Shown here piece after piece: positions 26,554-33,131 of a stretch of 38,864 bases of DNA. The stretch's first letter is position 1. Every line of letters starts with the position of its first letter. Under the pieces are notes generated by a model, which saw only the letters and a list, made by a program, of their open reading frames with translations, was not told where the DNA came from and did not search any database. Origin of the DNA: Acidimicrobiia bacterium (GTDB lineage: Bacteria; Actinomycetota; Acidimicrobiia; Spongiisociales; ZC4RG35); the NCBI GenBank assembly GCA_029865445.1, contig JAOUGY010000001.1:1-38864 (forward strand), given 5' to 3'. Position numbers and translations under genes: made by a program.

Positions 26554-26745
26554 GGGGGTCTCTCGGGCCTCGGATGGGACGACGGGCCGGCTTGCCAGGT
26601 CCACCTCACTCTGGCGCCAGTATGTGGGGACGGCACGGTAGGGGTTGCCGAACCCCGGGCGCCACAGGCGCCCATCGCCTCCAGTCCGGGTTCCGTGGGT
26701 GGTGGCGGTCTCGTTACCACCCAGTCTCTCATCCGAGAGACCCCC
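26554..26745. other. 192-bp element bounded by 13-bp perfect inverted repeats (GGGGGTCTCTCGG ... CCGAGAGACCCCC), flanked by TGA on both sides: MITE-like insertion or structured RNA
   Basis: Arms at 26554-26566 and 26733-26745. TGA at 26551-26553 and 26746-26748. Internal GC hairpins are present (GGGCGCC-TGT-GGCGCCC, GGGGTT-CGGC-AACCCC on the minus strand). Confidence 0.4.
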
Positions 26746-26797
26746 TGACTTGTCGTCATTATGCAACCGGCCGGGCCAGATTGCCAGGAAGATCCTG

Positions 26798-27514
26798 TCA
26801 GTGCACCAGGCTCGTGAGATCCTCGAGGTGGGACGGGTCGACCTTCACTGCCGGACCCATCGTCGACGACACCGACATTCCTCGCACATACCGGCCCTTG
26901 GCCGACGCCGGCTTCGCCCGCATGATCTCGCCTGCCAGTGTCGCCAGGTTGGCAATCAGCTGCTCGGAATCGAACGACACCTTGCCCACCGGCACGTGGA
27001 CGTTGCCGTAGCGGTCATTCCGGTACTCGATGCGACCGGCCTTGAACTCGGCGACAGCCTTGGCGACGTCAGGGGTGACGGTCCCGGCCTTCGGGTTCGG
27101 CATGAGACCACGCGGGCCGAGGACGCGACCGAGTTTTCCCACTTCGGCCATCATGTCGGGAGTGGCGATCGTCAGGTCGAAATTCAGCTCTCTCCCTGCC
27201 GCCAGCTCCTCCACCAGTTCCTTGCCACCGACGATGTCGGCTCCCGCCTCCTCGGCTTCCCGAGCCTTGTCTGCGGGTGCGAAGACGGCGATTCGCACGT
27301 CTTTGCCGGTGCCGTGCGGAAGCGCCACCGTGCCACGTACCAGTTGATCCGCCTTGCGAGGATCGATCCCGAGCCGGAAGACGGCGTCGACCGTCTCATC
27401 GAATTTGGCCGCAGCCAGAGTCTTCACCAGCTCCAACGCCTGGGCGGCGGGATAGGCCGCCTGGCGATCAAATCGGCTGGCGGCCTCGTTGTAGCGTTTT
27501 CCACGCTTTGCCAT
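26798..27514 (-). CDS. rplA: 50S ribosomal protein L1
   Basis: [16 protein letters not shown]..., 238 aa, full-length L1-like. Confidence 0.97.
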   Translation of the reverse strand: MAKRGKRYNEAASRFDRQAAYPAAQALELVKTLAAAKFDETVDAVFRLGIDPRKADQLVRGTVALPHGTGKDVRIAVFAPADKAREAEEAGADIVGGKELVEELAAGRELNFDLTIATPDMMAEVGKLGRVLGPRGLMPNPKAGTVTPDVAKAVAEFKAGRIEYRNDRYGNVHVPVGKVSFDSEQLIANLATLAGEIMRAKPASAKGRYVRGMSVSSTMGPAVKVDPSHLEDLTSLVH

Positions 27515-27688
27515 GTTTCCTCCTTGTGGTCCGAACGGCCGTCAGGCCTCCCACTGTCATATGTCGGCCGACTTCTGCCGACCGAAGACCGGCCGTCAGA
27601 ACAGACGCCGGTCGGCCGAATGATACGCACCCGACCAACACCCAAACCCACCGCGCATGGCGTCCTGCGCCCGTGCGCAGCACGGGCA

Positions 27689-28117
27689 CTACTCGGTGAC
27701 GGTGATCCCCATGGAACGGGCGGTTCCCTCGATGATCCGGGACGCCGCCTCGATGTCGTTGGCGTTCAGATCGGGCATCTTCAGCTCGGCGATCTCACGC
27801 ACTTGAGCCTTGGTGACCGAACCGACCTTCTCCATGTGAGGCACCGCCGAACCCTTGTCCACCCGAGCGGCCTGGCGGAGAAGGGCCGGCGCCGGAGGGG
27901 TCTTCATGATGAAGGTGAAGCTGCGATCCTCGTAGATCGAGATCTCGACCGGAATGATCTGACCCCGCTGGTTGGCGGTGGCGTCGTTGTACGCCTTCAC
28001 GAAGTCCATCAGGTTGACGCCGTGCGGGCCCAAGGCCGTACCCACCGGAGGTGCCGGTGTGGCCTGACCCGCCGGAAGCTGCATCTTCACGACGGCGGAG
28101 AGTCTCTTGCGTCCCAT
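27689..28117 (-). CDS. rplK: 50S ribosomal protein L11
   Basis: [26 protein letters not shown]..., 142 aa. Confidence 0.97.
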   Translation of the reverse strand: MGRKRLSAVVKMQLPAGQATPAPPVGTALGPHGVNLMDFVKAYNDATANQRGQIIPVEISIYEDRSFTFIMKTPPAPALLRQAARVDKGSAVPHMEKVGSVTKAQVREIAELKMPDLNANDIEAASRIIEGTARSMGITVTE

Positions 28118-28149
28118 GGTTGCTCCTCATTACCGGGCCAGGCCCGGGC

Positions 28150-28767
28150 TCAGCTCTTCTGAATGTCCTCGAACCCGAGTTCGACCGGTGTGTCGCGACC
28201 GAAGATGTTGACGAGGACGGTGACCTTCGATTGGTCGAGATCGATTCCTTCGATCTTCCCGTTGAAGTCCGCGAATGGACCCGAGATGACCCGGACCACC
28301 TCGCCGACCTCCCACTCGGGCCGGAAGCGAGGCTTCGGCTTCTCCTCTTCCTTCTGGAACCCGAGGAATCGTTCGACCTCGCGCCGCGAAAGCGGAGTCG
28401 GTTTGCTGCTCCCACCGACGAACCCGGTGACACCCGGCGTGTTGCGAACGCCGTACCACGAGTCGTCGTCCAAGATCATCCGCACGAGGATGTATCCCGG
28501 GAACACCTTCTTGGGAACGGTGACCTTCTTGCCGTTCTTGATCTCGACCACGTCTTCCATCGGAATGTGGACCTCGAAGATCCGGTCCTCCATGTGCATC
28601 GACTTGATACGGGTCTCGAGGTTGACCTTGACCTTGTTCTCGTAGCCGGAGTACGAGTGGATGACGTACCAGTCACCCGGCATGTCGTAAGGGCTGACGG
28701 CGGTCGGCTCGGCGTCCTCCGTCTCCTCCTCGAGGATGTCGTCTTCGATTGCGTCGACATCAACCAT
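28150..28767 (-). CDS. nusG: Transcription termination/antitermination factor NusG (acidic N-terminal extension)
   Basis: WYVIHSYSGYENKV NGN start and C-terminal KOW (VGEVVRVISGPFADFNGKI). Confidence 0.95.
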   Translation of the reverse strand: MVDVDAIEDDILEEETEDAEPTAVSPYDMPGDWYVIHSYSGYENKVKVNLETRIKSMHMEDRIFEVHIPMEDVVEIKNGKKVTVPKKVFPGYILVRMILDDDSWYGVRNTPGVTGFVGGSSKPTPLSRREVERFLGFQKEEEKPKPRFRPEWEVGEVVRVISGPFADFNGKIEGIDLDQSKVTVLVNIFGRDTPVELGFEDIQKS

Positions 28768-29095
28768 TGGCGCCTCCGATGGCGAGGAACACGAGTTCTT
28801 TCAACCCGGCGTCGAGACCGAAGACGAAAGCGGTCAGCACGATGGAGGTGACGAGGGTCACGACACTGAACGCCACCATCTGGTCACGTGTGGGCCACGA
28901 CACCTTGCGCATCTCAACCCGAACGTCGTGGAGGAACTGGGCGATGCGCTTGAAGAACGGCTGGCGTTCGCCCTTGGAGCGTTGGAGGGCGGCCTGCGCG
29001 CGCTGATTGGCGGCGGCACGGCCGCCCTGGCGCTGCTCCTGTTTCTTCTGCCGCCGCTCTTCGCGTTCCATCATGCGGCGCATCTCTCGGTTCAT
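28760..29095 (-). CDS. secE: Preprotein translocase subunit SecE
   Basis: Basic N-terminal region, then FLHDVRVEMRKVSWPTRDQM and a single TM segment. Overlaps the nusG start by 8 nt. Start uncertain (ATG 29095 or 29134). Confidence 0.85.
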   Translation of the reverse strand: MNREMRRMMEREERRQKKQEQRQGGRAAANQRAQAALQRSKGERQPFFKRIAQFLHDVRVEMRKVSWPTRDQMVAFSVVTLVTSIVLTAFVFGLDAGLKELVFLAIGGANG

Positions 29096-29170
29096 CGTTC
29101 TTCGTTCCTCACAGTTCGAACCATACGCCGACACATCGTCGTGTCGCGTCTCGACTCAAGGCTTGTTGTG

Positions 29171-29248
29171 TGGCAGGGGTGGAGGGACTCGAACCCCCAA
29201 CCTACGGATTTGGAGTCCGTCGCTCTAACCAGTTCGAGCTACACCCCT
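29171..29248 (-). tRNA. tRNA-Trp (anticodon CCA)
   Basis: Reverse complement is AGGGGTGTAGCTC...GGACTCCAAATCC...GGTTCGAGTCCCTCCACCCCTGCCA. Cloverleaf checked by hand. Confidence 0.9.
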
Positions 29249-29301
29249 AGGGGCCCATCAGTATAGGTCCGTGCTCGCCGTGTGGGAATTTGGCAGTTGG
29301 C

Positions 29302-30129
29302 TCAGAACCGGAACGCACCCGCGACGTACTCCCGGCCTGCACGGTCGACGAGTCTGACGTCGACACCGCCGTCCACCAACCCGCCTTCGACCGTCACCGC
29401 CACCGCAGGCCGGAGCGGGGCCCGATACCGGAATCGGGCCGTGACCGGATCCACGCCGGTTCGTTCTACCGCCTGACATGCCCACGCCGACTGCAGGAGT
29501 CCATGAACGACCACGCCGGGGAGTCCGGCGGCGACAGCGGCCGCATGGTCCCAGTGGATCGGATTGAAGTCCTGGGAGGCGGCGGCATACCGGACGAGAT
29601 CGCTGCGGGAAGCCGAGCGGGCGAGCGGGGCGAGCGACCCGTCGACAACGTCGGCCGCGAGCGCCGGCGACAGCTCGGACCCGGCGTCCGGATCCGGTTC
29701 GACCTCCTCTCCCGCCTCGCCGGCGGGCGGGCTATCGCCCGACATCAGGAACGTCGAAGAACCGGAAACGACGGCTTCCCCAGCCTCGAGCACCTCGAGC
29801 TCGAAGCCCACGAAGGCGACCCCCGATCGCTCACGCACCCGGGTGACGATGCCCGTGACTTCCAGCGTGCGGTCCAGAGGTATCGGTCGCGCCCACGTGA
29901 AGGTCTGATCGCCGTGGATCACCGACCTGGCGGCGCCCTCGAGGTCGGGGTCGGCGAGAAGTCGGGGAGCCACGACGAACAACATGGCGCCGGCGATCGA
30001 GCGGGGAGCTTGGTCCGCCCAGCGCCCCGGATCCTCTCCGGTGGCGGCGACGTATCGTTCGACGAGAGCAGAGGCGGTTGAGAACGTTGCCGGCCCGTAG
30101 GAACGGCCTTCGAGGGCATCGAGGCTCAT
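29302..30129 (-). CDS. Fused double-hotdog MaoC-like (R)-specific dehydratase (HadA-like + HadB-like halves)
   Basis: The C-terminal half carries the hydratase motif SQDFNPIHWD...VVHG. The N-terminal half is a non-catalytic hotdog. Same position as hadABC between rpmG and tRNA-Trp/secE in mycobacteria. Confidence 0.8.
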   Translation of the reverse strand: MSLDALEGRSYGPATFSTASALVERYVAATGEDPGRWADQAPRSIAGAMLFVVAPRLLADPDLEGAARSVIHGDQTFTWARPIPLDRTLEVTGIVTRVRERSGVAFVGFELEVLEAGEAVVSGSSTFLMSGDSPPAGEAGEEVEPDPDAGSELSPALAADVVDGSLAPLARSASRSDLVRYAAASQDFNPIHWDHAAAVAAGLPGVVVHGLLQSAWACQAVERTGVDPVTARFRYRAPLRPAVAVTVEGGLVDGGVDVRLVDRAGREYVAGAFRF

Positions 30130-30186
30130 GCTGCAACACTACCGCCGCGACCCACCCGGGCAGACGGATGACCCGTTGGCACACAG

Positions 30187-30222
30187 GAGAGAGGGGCGGG
30201 TCATCTGACCCGCCCCTCTCTC
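30187..30222 (-). terminator. 16-bp perfect GC-rich hairpin downstream of rpmG (no U-tail)
   Basis: Arms gagagaggggcgggtc and gacccgcccctctctc, with a 4-nt loop. Confidence 0.5.
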
Positions 30223-30265
30223 ATCGACCCCTGACTCCGCAGGTTCCACGCTACCAGCGCGGACC

Positions 30266-30427
30266 TCAGCGAGTCTCGCGGTGAGCGGTATGAGAACGGC
30301 ACCACTTGCAGTACTTCTGCAGCTGAAGCCGATCACGTGTATTGGTCTTGTTCTTCGTCGTCACGTAGTTGCGCCGCTTGCACGTGTCGCACGCCAACGT
30401 GATCGGCGGTCTCTTGTCAGAAGGCAT
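30266..30427 (-). CDS. rpmG: 50S ribosomal protein L33 (zinc-ribbon C+ form); not in the supplied ORF track (53 aa)
   Basis: Hand translation gives [53 protein letters not shown]. Confidence 0.9.
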   Translation of the reverse strand: MPSDKRPPITLACDTCKRRNYVTTKNKTNTRDRLQLQKYCKWCRSHTAHRETR

Positions 30428-30497
30428 TTAGCTCACTCGCTTCGCTCGTTCGCTGCTGAACGCTGTGCGCCAAACGCGACACGCCAGAACTCTCTGG

Positions 30498-30525
30498 CCC
30501 ACCGCCCACCGCGCACCGCGCACCG
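30498..30525. repeat. Short heptanucleotide tandem repeat: 2 x CCCACCG then 2 x CGCACCG, ending 2 nt from the tuf stop codon
   Basis: Read directly. The minus strand reads TGA-TG-(CGGTGCG)2(CGGTGGG)2. Confidence 0.85.
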
Positions 30526-30527
30526 CA

Positions 30528-31718
30528 TCACTTGCTGATCTTGACAACCCGACCAGCACCAACAGTCCGACCACCCTCACGAATCGCGAACCGCTGCCCC
30601 TCATCCATCGCGATCGGCGTGATCAACTGCACCTGCATCTCCGTATTGTCCCCAGGCATCACCATCTGCGTCCCCTCAGGCAACGTCACCGCACCCGTCA
30701 CATCCGTCGTCCGGAAATAAAACTGCGGCCGATACCCAGAGAAGAACGGGTTATGACGACCACCCTCCTCCCGAGTCAAAATATAAACCTGAGCATCAAA
30801 CTCGGTATGAGGCGTAATCGACCCAGGCTTCGCCAACACCTGACCCCGCTCCACCTCATCCTTACCCACACCCCGCAACAACACCCCCACATTGTCACCA
30901 GCCTGACCCTGATCCAACAACTTCCGGAACATCTCAATCCCAGTAGCCACCGTCTTCTTGGTCGCCTTGATCCCCACAATCTCAACCTCTTCATTGACGT
31001 TGAGAACACCCTGCTCAATCTTGCCCGTCACCACCGTCCCCCGACCCGTAATCGAGAACACATCCTCAATCGGCATCAAAAACGGCTTATCCGTATCCCG
31101 ATCAGGCTCCGGCACAAACGAATCCACAGCATCCATCAACGCCATGACCTGATCCTGAGACCCCTCATCCCCCTCCATCGCCCGCAACGCAGACCCACGC
31201 ACCACCGGCGTGTCATCACCCGGGAACTCATACTCAGTCAACAGATCCCGAACCTCGAGCTCCACCAACTCCAGAAGCTCCTCATCATCCACCATGTCGA
31301 CCTTGTTCAAAAACACAACAATCGACGGCACACCCACCTGACGCGCCAACAACACATGCTCACGCGTCTGCGGCATCGGCCCATCCGTCGCCGCCACCAC
31401 CAAAATCGCACCATCAACCTGCGCCGCACCCGTAATCATGTTCTTGATGTAATCAGCATGACCCGGCATATCCACATGCGCATAATGACGATTCGCCGTC
31501 TCATACTCCACATGAGCAATCTGAATCGTGATCCCCCGCTCACGCTCCTCCGGCGCCTTATCAATCATGTCAAACGCCGTAAACGTATTCGAACCACCAA
31601 CACGCTCAAACAACGTCTTCGTGATCGCCGCCGTCAACGTCGTCTTCCCATGATCAATATGACCCATCGTCCCCACGTTCACATGCGGCTTCGTCCGCTC
31701 AAACTTCGCCTTCGCCAT
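30528..31718 (-). CDS. tuf: Elongation factor Tu
   Basis: [28 protein letters not shown]..., 396 aa, actinobacterial-type sequence throughout. Codon usage is strongly atypical (see findings). Confidence 0.97.
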   Translation of the reverse strand: MAKAKFERTKPHVNVGTMGHIDHGKTTLTAAITKTLFERVGGSNTFTAFDMIDKAPEERERGITIQIAHVEYETANRHYAHVDMPGHADYIKNMITGAAQVDGAILVVAATDGPMPQTREHVLLARQVGVPSIVVFLNKVDMVDDEELLELVELEVRDLLTEYEFPGDDTPVVRGSALRAMEGDEGSQDQVMALMDAVDSFVPEPDRDTDKPFLMPIEDVFSITGRGTVVTGKIEQGVLNVNEEVEIVGIKATKKTVATGIEMFRKLLDQGQAGDNVGVLLRGVGKDEVERGQVLAKPGSITPHTEFDAQVYILTREEGGRHNPFFSGYRPQFYFRTTDVTGAVTLPEGTQMVMPGDNTEMQVQLITPIAMDEGQRFAIREGGRTVGAGRVVKISK

Positions 31719-31770
31719 AACGATGTCCCTTTCTAGTGTGATCGTGGGCCGGTGAAGCCCATCTGCGATG

Positions 31771-31844
31771 TAGCGGCGGGCGGACTCGAACCGCCGACCT
31801 CTCGATTATGAGTCGAGCGCTCTCACCTACTGAGCTACGCCGCC
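31771..31844 (-). tRNA. tRNA-Met (anticodon CAT; elongator-type anticodon stem, Ile2-lysidine identity not excluded)
   Basis: Reverse complement is GGCGGCGTAGCTCAGTAGGTGAGAGCGCTCGACTCATAATCGAGAGGTCGGCGGTTCGAGTCCGCCCGCCGCTA. Confidence 0.85.
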
Positions 31845-31901
31845 TCGTTGCGGAGCCATTCTGCTCCGCCATACCTCGTCATCTGTGCCACGAAGTACGC
31901 G

Positions 31902-31973
<72 letters not shown>

Positions 31974-32007
31974 GTGGATTGTGTTGACGCCGCCATGGGC
32001 GCCGTCG

Positions 32008-32090
32008 TGCCGGGAGAAGGATTTGAACCTCCGAAGGCTTGCGCCGGCAGATTTACAGTCTGCTCCCTTTGGCCGCTCGGGCATCCCGGC
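32008..32090 (-). tRNA. tRNA-Tyr (anticodon GTA), long variable arm
   Basis: Reverse complement is GCCGGGATGCCCGAGCGGCCAAAGGGAGCAGACTGTAAATCTGCCGGCGCAAGCCTTCGGAGGTTCAAATCCTTCTCCCGGCA. Confidence 0.88.
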
Positions 32091-32169
32091 ATACCCGGCC
32101 TGCACCGGGGCGACGAAAGCATAGCTTCGGCCGGAAACCGGAACAAAGCGATCAGAGTCGGCCCGCCGG

Positions 32170-33012
32170 TCAGCGCGGTCCGTACGCCATCTCCCGCAGC
32201 CGTTCGATTCGTTCCTCCACGGGTGGGTGGGTCGAAAGCATCCGAAGGAGGGACCCTCCCCGGAGCGCCTTCAGGGGGTTGTCGATGTAGAGCTGACTGA
32301 AGGCCGGATCCACGTTCATGGGTATCTGAGCGGTCGCCTGGCCGATCTTGGCCAGTGCCGACGCCAGCTGCATCGGCTGGCCGGTGATCTCAGCTCCTGT
32401 GCGATCCGCCTGATACTCCCGGGCGCGGGAGATACCCATCCTGATGACCACCGCCGCCATCGGCCCCACGATGAGCGCGATCAACGCCCCCACGGCCCCG
32501 AGCGGATTCTCGCGATCACGCCCGCCACCGAACCACAAGGCACTGCGGGCCAGGATGGCGATGGCCGAACCGATCATGGCGGCGATTGAGCTGATCAGGA
32601 TGTCTCGATTGCGGACGTGGGCCAACTCGTGGGCCAGCACCCCCTGGAGTTCCTCATAGGTCATGATCTGGAGGATCCCGCTGGTCACGGCCACCGCCGC
32701 GTGGTTCGGGCTCCTGCCGGTGGCAAACGCATTGGGTTGCGGGCTGTCGATCACATAGATGCGCGGCATCGGCATGTTCGTCTGAGTGGCCAGAGCCCTG
32801 ACAATGGAGTACACCTGCGGGAGTTCATGCTCTTCCACAGGCTTGGCCCGGCTCGAAGCCAGGGCGAGCTTGTCGGAGAAGAAGTAGGCACCGAGATTGA
32901 ACACGGCGGCGATTCCGAGTCCGACCCAGATCGACTGGCCGAGCGAAATGGCGATCAGGCCGAGGAGGGCGGCCATGAAAGCCAGCAACCCGACCGTCTT
33001 GAGGTTGTTCAT
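32170..33012 (-). CDS. htpX: M48-family zinc metalloprotease HtpX
   Basis: TM segments, the HELAHVRNRD zinc motif, and C-terminal STHPPVEERIERL. ORF trimmed to the ATG at 33012 (MNNLKTV). Confidence 0.9.
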   Translation of the reverse strand: MNNLKTVGLLAFMAALLGLIAISLGQSIWVGLGIAAVFNLGAYFFSDKLALASSRAKPVEEHELPQVYSIVRALATQTNMPMPRIYVIDSPQPNAFATGRSPNHAAVAVTSGILQIMTYEELQGVLAHELAHVRNRDILISSIAAMIGSAIAILARSALWFGGGRDRENPLGAVGALIALIVGPMAAVVIRMGISRAREYQADRTGAEITGQPMQLASALAKIGQATAQIPMNVDPAFSQLYIDNPLKALRGGSLLRMLSTHPPVEERIERLREMAYGPR

Positions 33013-33078
33013 GGCATGAATGCTATCCGGCCCACCGGGCAAACCGGACCGCCGTCCGGCTGCAGACCGCACCCACGC

Positions 33079-33110
33079 GGGTGGGGCGCCCCCGATGGGG
33101 CGCCCCACCC
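33079..33110 (-). terminator. 14-bp perfect GC hairpin downstream of the S8 protease gene
   Basis: Arms gggtggggcgcccc and ggggcgccccaccc, with a cgat loop. Confidence 0.5.
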
Positions 33111-33131
33111 ATGTTCGAACGTCGCCGGCGA

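Noticed and set aside
25228-28162. Three long plus-strand ORFs (25228..26385, 25578..27011, 26645..28162) across the ribosomal protein cluster
   Set aside because: They are antisense to rplL, rplJ, rplA and rplK, whose translations are textbook. The plus-strand products are Ser/Ala/Arg low-complexity sequence.
30465-31736. 423-aa stop-free ORF antisense to tuf
   Set aside because: It is in the exact codon-on-codon mirror frame of tuf. Its odd composition (R/H/L/I/T/N/P/Q-rich, almost no G/A/V/D/E) follows directly from tuf avoiding C at codon position 3. There is no independent evidence for an overlapping gene.
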